This document shows positions 18,884-27,725 of a stretch of DNA of 64,000 bases, in pieces. Below the pieces are notes generated by a model that was not told the DNA's origin, did no database searches, and was given only the letters and a program-made list of their open reading frames with translations. Position numbers and translations under genes: made by a program. The stretch lies in assembly GCA_036385045.1 (NCBI GenBank), contig DASVLC010000138.1:2566-66565 (forward strand). Reading direction: 5' to 3'. This DNA comes from Thermoanaerobaculia bacterium (GTDB lineage Bacteria; Acidobacteriota; Thermoanaerobaculia; Gp7-AA8). The stretch's first letter is position 1; each line of letters starts with the position of its first letter.

Positions 18884-19448
18884 ACGACCAGATCGATCAT
18901 CTTCGCCAGACGCTCCACGATCTGATGCAGTGGATCGCGGCCGAGCGCCTCGAGGCAACGATCATCGGCGCGTTGCCGCAGGACTCCATGGTCAACCGAG
19001 ACTGACCGAAGACGTCGATGCCGTCGTTTTCGATACCGACGCAGCGTCACTGCTTGTCACCGGCGCGCCATATGGGTTCACGCCGCGCATTCCGGATGCG
19101 CTGGAGTTCTCTCACCGGACTCGCGTTCTCCTGATGAAGCACCGCTCCGGCGTGGATCTCGACCTGTCTCTCGGAGCTATGCCCTTCGAGCGCGAGGTGA
19201 TCGAACGCTCACAGCGCATCGACGCCGGAGGGCTTCAGATCAGCCTTGCCACACCGGAGGATCTCATCATCATGAAGGCTCTGGCGCGGCGTCCTCAGGA
19301 CATCGCGGACATCGCCGGGATCATCGAAGTGCAGCCCAGTCTCGATGTCGACAGAATCCGCAGATGGGTGCGCGAGTTCTCCGCTGTTCTGGAGATGCCC
19401 GAGATCCTTGATGATCTCGAGGAGCTGCTCCGCCGCAGAAGACTGTGA
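18880..19448 (+). pseudogene. Nucleotidyltransferase-fold protein (MNT/AbiEii-like), apparently disrupted by a 1-nt frameshift near 18967-18972
   Basis: The frame from ATG 18880 reads MNDQIDHLRQTLHDLMQWIAAERLEATIIG... and stops at 19003-19005. The -1 frame continues VAAGLHGQPRLTEDVDAVVFD...ISLATPEDLIIMKALARRPQDIADIAGII to 19448. Joined, they give the NTase motif IIGG-x-AAGLHG-x4-T-x-D-x-D. The N-terminus of ORF 18816..19448 is Arg-rich junk. Confidence 0.55.
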
Positions 19449-19498
19449 ATACGTGAAGGGAGAACACCTGACCGCCGGTGCGACGGCACCGCCGACCG

Positions 19499-22138
19499 CT
19501 ATTCCAGCAGCGCCTTCCAGTTGCGCACGATGCGGATCGGTTCCTCGGTGGCCGTCGCCAGTCGCTTCATGACGAGGAAGCGTTCTCCGTCGCCCCAGAC
19601 GAGATCGGCGTCGCTGGAGCCCGGCACGCGCGTGGGATCTCCGAATTCGAGCGCGTTCCCTTTCACCCTGATCGTGACTCCGGCCCCGCTTCCTGTTCCA
19701 TCTACAAAGTAGAGCTCGCTCCCATCACGGCTCCAAGAAACAGGGCTTCCGCCCCCTCGCGTCACCTGCCAGCGATTCTTCCCTTCCGGGAAGTCACTGA
19801 TGTACGTTTCCTGCGCCCCCGTCTCGTTCGATACGAAAGCGATCAGGCGGCTATCGGGAGAGAGGCGGCCGCCCAACTCCTGCGCCGATGAGGCGGCGAA
19901 TGGATGGATCGTCTTCGGGTCGTCCGTGCTCACCCAGACAATGTCGAATCCTGTCCCGGTCTGCTGCGTCTGGGCGACGATGGTGCGCCCGTCTCTCGAC
20001 CAGTCGCTGACGAAAAACGAACGGGTGTCAATGAGCACATCGGGAGGCTCGGTAGCCGATGGTGTCTGAATCCACATTCCGGCCCTCTGCCCACCAGTGC
20101 CTCCGAAGGTCGAGATGGCAACCTGATCACCGCTGTGCGAGAGAACCGCCTGCACAACCGGCGAAGCCATGCTGCGCGTTACCCGAGTGACGTTTCCACG
20201 AGTCAGATCCATGTTCCAGACGCTCACCTCGTCCGACTCTTCCGCCCGTATCAGCGTCGCCGTCGACCCGTCGCCGCTCACTCGGGCGGAAACATAGTTG
20301 CCTGGATCCCCCACCTTCGCGATCTCGCGTCCCGCCCGGTCTGTCCAGACCAGCTGTGCAGGATTGATTCGTCCCTGCTGGTACGCAAGAACGCCGGTCG
20401 GAGATACAGAAAGGTGTGCCGTCTGGCGTGGAAGGTTGACGAAGAGCCGGTCGGCAATCGGTTTCGGTGAGCCGAGCAACAGCCGCTTCGCAGAGTCGAA
20501 TTTCTGTGCGGTCAGATTCCGGTCGCGAACATAGAACAGATAGCCACCGGCATACTGCGGCTGCGCACCTGCCACGTCGAGACTCTTAGGCTCCGCGTCG
20601 CTGAGCGAGGCAACTGCAATCGTGCTCTTGATGTCCTCATCCCTGCTGCTGGCAGTCAGTAGAAAATGATCCCCATCCGGGAGAAAGTGGGGATTTCTGT
20701 GAGTCCACGCTTCGCTGGCGATCCTGGTGGCCGGTGCCGGTGTTCCGCCGCTGTCGGGGACCTGCAGCAGCGGTCCGAAAATTTCGGGAGCGAACACGAT
20801 TACTCCTTTGGGGCTCCAGCTCCCGCCTCGACCCTGAGGTGCATCGCACAGGACCTGAACCGGGCCACCTGAAGCCTGCATCTTCTTCAGCTTCCCGTCG
20901 GCAAAGAAAGCAATCCACTGGCCGTCGGGCGACCAGAAGGGATAGATTGCGCCACGTGTGCCGGCCAGCACCTGCCTCGCTCCGGTGCGGAAGTCGTGGA
21001 CGACCAGTTCATCGGGTCGCCTTACCAGCAACAGCCGCTCTCCTCCCGGAGAAAAGGTGATCGTGCCCTGTCCGGGAGGGGCGATCGCATCATCGGACGC
21101 CAGAACGAGATCCGAGCGGAACAGACTTCGTGCGGGCTCTGTCGCCGCGCGCTCCCGAAACAGAAGCACGGCCGCGACGATCGCCGCAATCCACCCGATT
21201 AGCGCGAGGATCGAGACCGCCAGCTTGCGCGATTTGCGTGACCGCGCGGCCGCGGCCGGGATTCCGATCTGCGATCCCGCCTCGCTGATCCAGCGCAATT
21301 CGCTCGCGACGTCGTGCGCCGACTGCCACCGCTCGTCGGGATCCTTCTCGAGACACTTGCGGACGACGTGATCGAGTGCCGGCGGTGTCATCGGAACGAC
21401 GGTGGAGATCGGCGCCGGCTGCGCCGAGACGATCGCCGCGATCAGACTCGTCTTCGAGCTTCCCTCGAAGGCGCGTTTCGCCGTCGCCATCTCGTAGAGC
21501 ACCGCTCCGAGGGCAAAGATGTCGGTGCGGGCATCGGCGGGTGCCCCCTCTAGTTGCTCGGGAGCCATGTACTGGAACGTCCCGAGGATCGTTCCTTCCT
21601 CGGTCAGCGGCTTGGCTTCCGTACGGACGGCTGTCAATCCGCCGAGGACGCCACGATCTTCGTCCGTGGACTTGGCGAGACCGAAGTCGAGCAGCTTCGC
21701 GCCCGACTTGGTGATCATCACATTGCCCGGCTTGAGGTCTCGATGGACGATTCCCTTCCGGTGCGCTGCATCGAGAGCGGTGGCGATCTGCGCCCCGTAG
21801 CGCAGGACCTGTTCGATCGGCAACGGGCCGCGCTGAAGCCTGTCAACCAGCGACTCGCCGTCGATCAGCTCCATGACCAGGTAGTGGAGCCCTTCTTCGC
21901 TGCCGACATCGTGCACCGTGCAGATGTGCGGATGGTTCAGCGACGAGATCGCCTTCGCCTCGCGATCGAAACGGATCAGCAACTGCGCATTCGACGCAAA
22001 GCCTGCAGGAAGAATCTTGATCGCGACGTCACGCCCGAGTCGCGAATCGTGCGCGCGGTAAACCTCCCCCATCCCTCCCGCGCCGATTGGTGAGAGAAGC
22101 TCGTACGCTCCGAAGCGCGTGCCGGGGGCTAATGTCAT
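19499..22138 (-). CDS. Serine/threonine protein kinase with TM helix and C-terminal TolB-like (WD40-like) beta-propeller
   Basis: Kinase motifs IGAGGMGEVY, VAIK, HRDLKPGN, DFGLA, APE. TM segment LAVSILALIGWIAAIVAAVLL. C-terminal repeats of the SPDG/W-x-DG propeller type. Confidence 0.9.
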   Translation of the reverse strand: MTLAPGTRFGAYELLSPIGAGGMGEVYRAHDSRLGRDVAIKILPAGFASNAQLLIRFDREAKAISSLNHPHICTVHDVGSEEGLHYLVMELIDGESLVDRLQRGPLPIEQVLRYGAQIATALDAAHRKGIVHRDLKPGNVMITKSGAKLLDFGLAKSTDEDRGVLGGLTAVRTEAKPLTEEGTILGTFQYMAPEQLEGAPADARTDIFALGAVLYEMATAKRAFEGSSKTSLIAAIVSAQPAPISTVVPMTPPALDHVVRKCLEKDPDERWQSAHDVASELRWISEAGSQIGIPAAAARSRKSRKLAVSILALIGWIAAIVAAVLLFRERAATEPARSLFRSDLVLASDDAIAPPGQGTITFSPGGERLLLVRRPDELVVHDFRTGARQVLAGTRGAIYPFWSPDGQWIAFFADGKLKKMQASGGPVQVLCDAPQGRGGSWSPKGVIVFAPEIFGPLLQVPDSGGTPAPATRIASEAWTHRNPHFLPDGDHFLLTASSRDEDIKSTIAVASLSDAEPKSLDVAGAQPQYAGGYLFYVRDRNLTAQKFDSAKRLLLGSPKPIADRLFVNLPRQTAHLSVSPTGVLAYQQGRINPAQLVWTDRAGREIAKVGDPGNYVSARVSGDGSTATLIRAEESDEVSVWNMDLTRGNVTRVTRSMASPVVQAVLSHSGDQVAISTFGGTGGQRAGMWIQTPSATEPPDVLIDTRSFFVSDWSRDGRTIVAQTQQTGTGFDIVWVSTDDPKTIHPFAASSAQELGGRLSPDSRLIAFVSNETGAQETYISDFPEGKNRWQVTRGGGSPVSWSRDGSELYFVDGTGSGAGVTIRVKGNALEFGDPTRVPGSSDADLVWGDGERFLVMKRLATATEEPIRIVRNWKALLE

Positions 22139-22203
22139 CGGGAGAGGCGATTATAGGGCGTGCGACCGCTCCCCATCCGCACATTCAGCCGCTCATCGGG
22201 AAA

Positions 22204-22875
22204 TCAAGTGCGTTTCGCGATCCAGACCCAATAGCGCGGGCCACGATTCCGGTGACTGCCTACTCTCTGAATCTCAGCCCGGAAGCCATTCTCGTGAAGC
22301 CTGCGTGTGAACGCAGGGTCATCGGCCGATGACCAGATCGCCAGAATGCCGTCAGGCCGAAGGGCGGCATGCGCAGCACGCAGTCCAGACCGCGTGTAGA
22401 GACGGTCGTTCCCTTTTGCGACCAGACTCGCCGGACCGTTATCGACATCGAGCAGGATCGCGTCGAACGTGTTGCTGCTCCCGCGTATGACCTCAGCCAC
22501 GTCCGTTGTCTTCACGATCGTGCGTGGGTCACTCAGAGGATCGCCGGAGGCCTTCCCCATCGGTCCACGATTCCACTCCACGACTTCGGGGACCAGTTCG
22601 GCCACCGTCGCTTTCGACCCAGGACCGATCGACTTCAGTACCGCGGCCAGCGTGAACCCCATCCCGAGCCCGCCGACGAGAACATGCGCCCGATCCGGCT
22701 CCTTCAACTGCGAACATGCGAGTTCTGCGAGCGCATCCTCGGATCCGTGAACGCGAGTGTTCATCAGCTCATAGCCGTCGATCCGGATTGAGTACTCCTC
22801 GCCCCTCTGCTGGAGCAGGAGTTCGCCGCCCTCGCCCGGCACACGGGCTTTCGCAAGCTGGATCCATCGGAGCAT
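22204..22875 (-). CDS. Spermidine synthase-like class I methyltransferase-fold protein
   Basis: VLVGGLGMGFTLAAVL (GxGxG), DAILLDVDNGP, PDGILAIWS; 223 aa. Confidence 0.75.
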   Translation of the reverse strand: MLRWIQLAKARVPGEGGELLLQQRGEEYSIRIDGYELMNTRVHGSEDALAELACSQLKEPDRAHVLVGGLGMGFTLAAVLKSIGPGSKATVAELVPEVVEWNRGPMGKASGDPLSDPRTIVKTTDVAEVIRGSSNTFDAILLDVDNGPASLVAKGNDRLYTRSGLRAAHAALRPDGILAIWSSADDPAFTRRLHENGFRAEIQRVGSHRNRGPRYWVWIAKRT

Positions 22876-22944
22876 GGTTCGAATGGTATCGCGGGCGGCG
22901 GGGGAAATACGTCGCGCATCAGGGGCTGTGCAGACTCGACTCGT

Positions 22945-23110
22945 CGCGCGAAGCGCTTTGGAGTGCGGCGGCCGCAGACGCCGCTTTTACAAAACGTGCA
23001 GCCGTCCACGATCGGGAACCTCACATTGCGCGGACGAAGTCATCTTTGGGCGTACCGTACGCGTGGAAAGCGGCGTCTGAGGCCGCCGCACTCCAAAGCG
23101 CTTCGCGCGG
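22945..23110. repeat. Family D long inverted repeat (two ~44-bp arms, ~77-bp spacer)
   Basis: Left arm 22945-22988 CGCGCGAAGCGCTTTGGAGTGCGGCGGCCGCAGACGCCGCTTTT. Right arm 23066-23110 is its reverse complement with 1-2 mismatches. A single arm recurs at 54287-54331. Confidence 0.85.
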
Positions 23111-23124
23111 CGTTGAGGGCAGCG

Positions 23125-24426
23125 TCAAAGCGTCGCGTTCGCACCTTTTTCCACGCGACCTCGCCCAGTGCCAGCATGATCCGGCACTCCCGCTACGGGC
23201 AAGGTGGCTTCGGAAGACGGCACGAGCACCAGCCCGAAAGCAGCGGCGGCGAGTGCACGGATGCGCTCACGAAACACGTCGCGCCGGAATCGTAAGGCCG
23301 AATCGATCAGTGCTGCGCTGAGTGAGCGCTGTAACTGTTCGTCATTGAGAACGCGCTCGATCTTCGCCACCGCGTCGTCCACTCCGTCGTACAGCAACTG
23401 CTCGTTGCGAGAGACCACTTCGACCTGTCCCCCGTCGCCGGGAAGAAATGGGATGCAGCCGGCTGCTGTCATCTCCGCTGCCGCCATGCCGAAGTGCTCA
23501 TTAGGCATCGCATGCAACCCGTAGCGTACCCGGCCGATGAGCTCATCGAGCATCGGTCGGGAGAGGTTCTCGTGCAGGTCGATCCATGGACGTGCCGCGA
23601 CCATCTCGCGCACTTGCCTCGCGTACGCAGCATGGTGGGGCTCGGCTGATCCGACAATGACGAGCCGCACCGGATTTCCAGACGCGCGGACACGCGCGAC
23701 GATTTCGATGATCTGCTCGAGTCGTTTGTACGGCGCGAATCGCCCGAGTGCGAGAAACACGTTATCGCGCTCTTCCCACGGACGCGGCAACGATGTTCCG
23801 AGCAGCGGCGGATAGACCGTCGTCGTCGTTCCTCCGTACAGCTTTCGGAACTGCTCCCCGGTCCAGTCCGAGTTGACGACTGTGACGTTTCGCGCGATCT
23901 GGGCGGGCGATACCGCGGCTATGGCGCGGCCAACAGCACGATAAGCCCGCATGAGACCCGGAACTCGATAGAGGAGTCGGGCACGGAGATCGACGTCGGT
24001 GCCGTTCGCCCATGGATAGTGGACGTACTGTAACGTCGGTACGTCTCCCACATCGATCTCGTTGTCGAACGACACGACGCCATCGAACCGGCCGGTGGCA
24101 CGCCTCGCCCCGTGCATGAGCACATAACGCTGAAGCAGGGCCCCGCGCAGTCTGAAGAGACGAAGGAGCAGCGGCCACGCACGGGAAACGTAGTCAGTTT
24201 GGAAGTCACGAGGTTCGAGGCGGACTGCGTAGTCGCGGTGGATTGCATCGAGCCTGACCCGTTCCCAGGACATCACGGTCACCTCGAAGTCCTCCTTCAG
24301 CACCTCGAGCGCGCAGACGGCCACGGCATTCCCTCCACCGGGAGGTTGCAGGGAAGGCTGAAGAAACAGCAGCCGCGGACGACGCAGCCCTTCCACACGT
24401 TCCGCAGTGATGTACGAACCTCCCAT
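23125..24426 (-). CDS. Glycosyltransferase family 4 (GT-B fold)
   Basis: Start set at MGGSYITAERVEGLRRPRLLFLQPSL (ATG 24424-24426). The ORF-track extension to 24744 is a read-through of family A repeats. C-terminal GT1/GT4 motif EHFGMAAAEMTAAGCIPF. Confidence 0.8.
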   Translation of the reverse strand: MGGSYITAERVEGLRRPRLLFLQPSLQPPGGGNAVAVCALEVLKEDFEVTVMSWERVRLDAIHRDYAVRLEPRDFQTDYVSRAWPLLLRLFRLRGALLQRYVLMHGARRATGRFDGVVSFDNEIDVGDVPTLQYVHYPWANGTDVDLRARLLYRVPGLMRAYRAVGRAIAAVSPAQIARNVTVVNSDWTGEQFRKLYGGTTTTVYPPLLGTSLPRPWEERDNVFLALGRFAPYKRLEQIIEIVARVRASGNPVRLVIVGSAEPHHAAYARQVREMVAARPWIDLHENLSRPMLDELIGRVRYGLHAMPNEHFGMAAAEMTAAGCIPFLPGDGGQVEVVSRNEQLLYDGVDDAVAKIERVLNDEQLQRSLSAALIDSALRFRRDVFRERIRALAAAAFGLVLVPSSEATLPVAGVPDHAGTGRGRVEKGANATL

Positions 24427-24485
24427 CTCGCGGTCATCATGAATGCGGTCAGCCTTCCTCGCAATGACAAACCGCTCGGAGGTTC

Positions 24486-24710
24486 GGCGGGCGAGACGCC
24501 AGGCGAGACGCCCGCGTGCGGACGAGGACGCCCGCGGTACGGCAGGCGAGGACGCCTGCGCTACCGTAGCGAAGCGCACTCGCACTGGAAGCGCACTCGA
24601 CTCGGGAACCCACTCGACTCGAAAACCCTCCCTCGAAACGTATGTAGCGCGGACGTCCTCGTCCGCAGTACCGCGGACGTCCTCGTCCGCAGTGGGGCGT
24701 CTCGCCCCGC
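24486..24710. repeat. Family A GC-rich hairpin array (two opposed arms) in a divergent promoter region
   Basis: The 24486-24564 arm carries AGGA/AGA loops (GGCG-AGA-CGCC x2, GCGGACG-AGGA-CGCCCGC, GCAGGCG-AGGA-CGCCTGC). The 24643-24710 arm carries TCCT loops (GCGGACG-TCCT-CGTCCGC x2, GGGGC-GTCTC-GCCCC). Confidence 0.85.
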
Positions 24711-24829
24711 GCACTCTCCAGCAACGCACATCACACAGTGACATCGCTCACGGATGACATGGTGCGGACCTTACAGCCCCTGGTGTGCACCCCCCGTAAT
24801 CTCGCATCCATCCGGGAGGAACGAGCGTC

Positions 24830-25759
24830 ATGCAGACCATCCAGATTCCGAACCTTGCCGACCAGATGGGTGAACTACCCGCCGAAGGCATTCGACGCGA
24901 GCGCCAGCTGCACCGCCTCATCGACCTTCACGCAGCGACCGAGGCGGCAGCGGCGTTGCACGCGGCCGCGGCTCGAGCCGGCGAGGATCCCGACAGTCTG
25001 GCCAGTGTCCTTCGATCTGCCGAGGTAATGCTCGACGGTTCCGCGGCTGTGCGAGGCCTGCTTACTGAGGATGCGACCGCGCTGGACCGTCTGCGGGACG
25101 CGGCTATCTCGCCGGGGTTCCTGTCGCTCCTTCCCGAATGGATCTGCGAGCTGCGAGAAAGCGCCTCGTCGCGACCCGAGACCGGCGCCTGCACCGTCGC
25201 GTCGGCGCTGGAGCTCTGGCTCTGGACGACGAATCATTTTCGTACCGAAGGCATCGGCATGGAGTCGGCGTCGCGTGCGATCGATGACCTGATTGAGGCA
25301 CTCTGTCCGCTGCTTGCCGCTCGCTGTCTCGCTCTCGAAGTCACCGCGACGACCTCCGCCGAAACCGAGCTGAGGGCCGATCTCTGTCACGTCTATGCCG
25401 CGCGCTCCTCGGCTCTGGCCGGTGCCCTCTGCGCCGAACTCGTCTTCGGATACCGTCGCCACCTCGTCTGGGACGCTGAAGGCTGCGCGACCTGCTTCGA
25501 AAGTGAAGAACTGGATGAGCTCGAAGCGATGATGCCCGGGTTTGCAAGCGGAGCCGGCGTGACCCTCGACGTCATCGACGCCGACGGTACGCATCCGGCG
25601 AAAGCGGGTCCCTGCGCACGGATGGACGGTCTCGCGCCATTCCTGCGACTCCGCACGCGACTGGACGGATGTCTCACCGGGGCGAGAATTGCCAAGCATC
25701 GAGCCGCGGCAACGATCGCGAGCTCGTTCCGGACCTCCCCCGCAGGCGGGAGAGCCTGA
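24830..25759 (+). CDS. Hypothetical protein, translationally coupled to downstream acyl-CoA dehydrogenase
   Basis: 309 aa with plausible protein composition, whereas the antisense ORF 24875..25699 is Arg-rich. Stop TGA 25757-25759 overlaps ATG 25759-25761 of the next gene. No domain recognised. Confidence 0.55.
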   Translation: MQTIQIPNLADQMGELPAEGIRRERQLHRLIDLHAATEAAAALHAAAARAGEDPDSLASVLRSAEVMLDGSAAVRGLLTEDATALDRLRDAAISPGFLSLLPEWICELRESASSRPETGACTVASALELWLWTTNHFRTEGIGMESASRAIDDLIEALCPLLAARCLALEVTATTSAETELRADLCHVYAARSSALAGALCAELVFGYRRHLVWDAEGCATCFESEELDELEAMMPGFASGAGVTLDVIDADGTHPAKAGPCARMDGLAPFLRLRTRLDGCLTGARIAKHRAAATIASSFRTSPAGGRA

Positions 25760-27375
25760 TGTCGTTCGCGCGACTCGAGGCCGGCGATCTCGATCTGATC
25801 GTCGATACGCTCAAGGACTTCACAAGCCGCAACGCGCCGCTCGACCGCCGTATGGGGTGGGACGACACCGACACCTGTCCGGCCGACGTCGTCCGGGCGA
25901 TGCTCGGTCCCGAGGTCGGACTGCATCTCCCCTTCCTTCCCGTTGAATACGGCGGGATGGGAGGCGGTGCCTACGATATCTACCGGCTTGCCTGCGAGTT
26001 CGCGCAGATCGACCTGGGACTCGCGACGTCGATGCTGGCTGTGGCACTCGGTACCGATCCGATACGCGTCGGCTGCACCGCGCAGCAGCGAGAGCGCTGG
26101 CTGCCGCGCATCGCCAGTGAGGGGCTGATCGTCGCGTACGCGGTGACCGAGCCGGAGGCCGGGTCGAACGTTCAGAACGTGCAGACCGAGGCAAGGCGGC
26201 TCTTCGATGCCGATGGCAAGGTCACCCACTATCAGCTCACGGGAACCAAACAGTTCATCTCGAACGGCTCGATCGCCGATCTCTACACGGTGCTGGCGAA
26301 GACGCCGGAGGGGCCGTCGTTCTTCATCGTCGAGCGTGGGACTCCGGGTCTTTCCTCGGGCAAGCACGAGGTGAAGCACGGCATCCGGCTCTCGGACACG
26401 GCGCAGGTACTGCTCGACAACGTCCTCGTTCCTGCCGATCAGCTGATCGGCGAGAAGGAAGGCGAAGGGCTGAAGCAGGCGAATGAGGTTTTTGGCTTCA
26501 CCCGTCTCATGGTTGCCGGCTTCGGACTCGGCGCCGGGATCGCATCGCTGAACAAAGCGATCGCGTACTCGAAGCAGCGGCGGCAGATGGGAACGCTGCT
26601 TTGCGAAAAGCAGGGATACACGCACAAGTTGCTCGTACCGAACAGCGTCCGGCTGGCGGCAGCACGCGCCTACATCGAATACGTGGCCGATCTGCTCGAC
26701 TCGGGCGATACGAATCGTCAGACCGAGGGGGCGATCGCGAAGCTTTATGCGACCGAGGCGGGACATCTCGCCGCCGACGATGCGGTTCAGGCTCTCGGCG
26801 GATACGGCTACTGCGTCGAGTACGAAGTCGAGAAGATCCTGCGCGACGTCCGCATTCTCCGCATCTACGAAGGAACTTCGGAGATTCTGCAGAACATCAT
26901 CGGCATCTACCGGATGCGGGAGAGCGTCCGCAGCAAGGGACTCTTCTACAATCGCCTGGCTGACCAGGTCGAGCCATTCGAGCATGTGGGCGGGCCTGCC
27001 GCGGCGAAGACCGCGCGGTTTCTGTCGACGGCACTCGATCTTCTGTTTCGCGAGAAGCTCGGCAAACAGCAATACGCCCTTTTCGAGTGCGCCACCTCGA
27101 TCGTCGAAATCGAAACCGCCATCGCACTCGTGCGCTCGGCCGCACTTTCGGGCGACTCGCTGCTCGAAGCGCAGGCGCGTGTCTGCGCCTGTGATGTGGC
27201 GTTGTCCGTGCCGGCACGCCTGCTGAAGCTGTTCAGTGCGTCCGGGGTGTTGAGCCCGGAAGCACTCGCAGACTTTGCGGCGGCCGCGGATCTATCCGGT
27301 GCAATCTCGCTCCAGTCCGGCCGTCTCGCGGACCGAGACTTCATCGCGCGGGCCATCACGGAGCAGACGCGTTAA
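25759..27375 (+). CDS. Acyl-CoA dehydrogenase family protein with ~150-aa C-terminal helical extension
   Basis: Start at MSFARLEAGDLDLIVDTLKDF. Motifs AYAVTEPEAGSN, QALGGYGY, RDVRILRIYEGTSEI; 538 aa. Confidence 0.9.
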   Translation: MSFARLEAGDLDLIVDTLKDFTSRNAPLDRRMGWDDTDTCPADVVRAMLGPEVGLHLPFLPVEYGGMGGGAYDIYRLACEFAQIDLGLATSMLAVALGTDPIRVGCTAQQRERWLPRIASEGLIVAYAVTEPEAGSNVQNVQTEARRLFDADGKVTHYQLTGTKQFISNGSIADLYTVLAKTPEGPSFFIVERGTPGLSSGKHEVKHGIRLSDTAQVLLDNVLVPADQLIGEKEGEGLKQANEVFGFTRLMVAGFGLGAGIASLNKAIAYSKQRRQMGTLLCEKQGYTHKLLVPNSVRLAAARAYIEYVADLLDSGDTNRQTEGAIAKLYATEAGHLAADDAVQALGGYGYCVEYEVEKILRDVRILRIYEGTSEILQNIIGIYRMRESVRSKGLFYNRLADQVEPFEHVGGPAAAKTARFLSTALDLLFREKLGKQQYALFECATSIVEIETAIALVRSAALSGDSLLEAQARVCACDVALSVPARLLKLFSASGVLSPEALADFAAAADLSGAISLQSGRLADRDFIARAITEQTR

Positions 27376-27466
27376 CGTTACTCGAGCCCACGAGAATCGT
27401 CCTGGCTGTCATCCTGAGCCAGGGACGGCGATGCGGCGCGATTGAGGCAAGAAACAGGAGTCGGTT

Positions 27467-27662
27467 GTGCGCGAAGGCGCACTGCACAATCTGGCCCCCG
27501 GCTCGGCCGGAGGGTCGTTGCCTCTCGGACTCGTGACCGCGGAGGCGGTCACCACAAGACGGTGCATGCGTTGTTGCGGCCGCCTGCGCGGCCGCGATTT
27601 TTCGCTGGCTGTTTTCCCCCGGCCGAGCCGGGGGCCAGATTGTCCTGCGCGCCTTCGCGCGC
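27467..27662. repeat. Long inverted repeat (44-bp arms, ~108-bp spacer)
   Basis: 27467-27510 GTGCGCGAAGGCGCACTGCACAATCTGGCCCCCGGCTCGGCCGG pairs with 27619-27662 CCGGCCGAGCCGGGGGCCAGATTGTCCTGCGCGCCTTCGCGCGC at about 40 of 44 positions. The spacer has its own small hairpins (GTGACCGC-GGAG-GCGGTCAC at 27533-27552). Confidence 0.8.
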
Positions 27663-27725
27663 AACTTTCCGGCGAGCGTAGCGTTGAGTGACTCCTGGGT
27701 CTATCCTCATCATGAGGACTGATCG

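Noticed and set aside
25393-27072. 559-aa minus-strand ORF
   Set aside because: It is antisense to the acyl-CoA dehydrogenase gene, which has unambiguous ACAD motifs. The minus-strand peptide is Arg-rich and motif-free.
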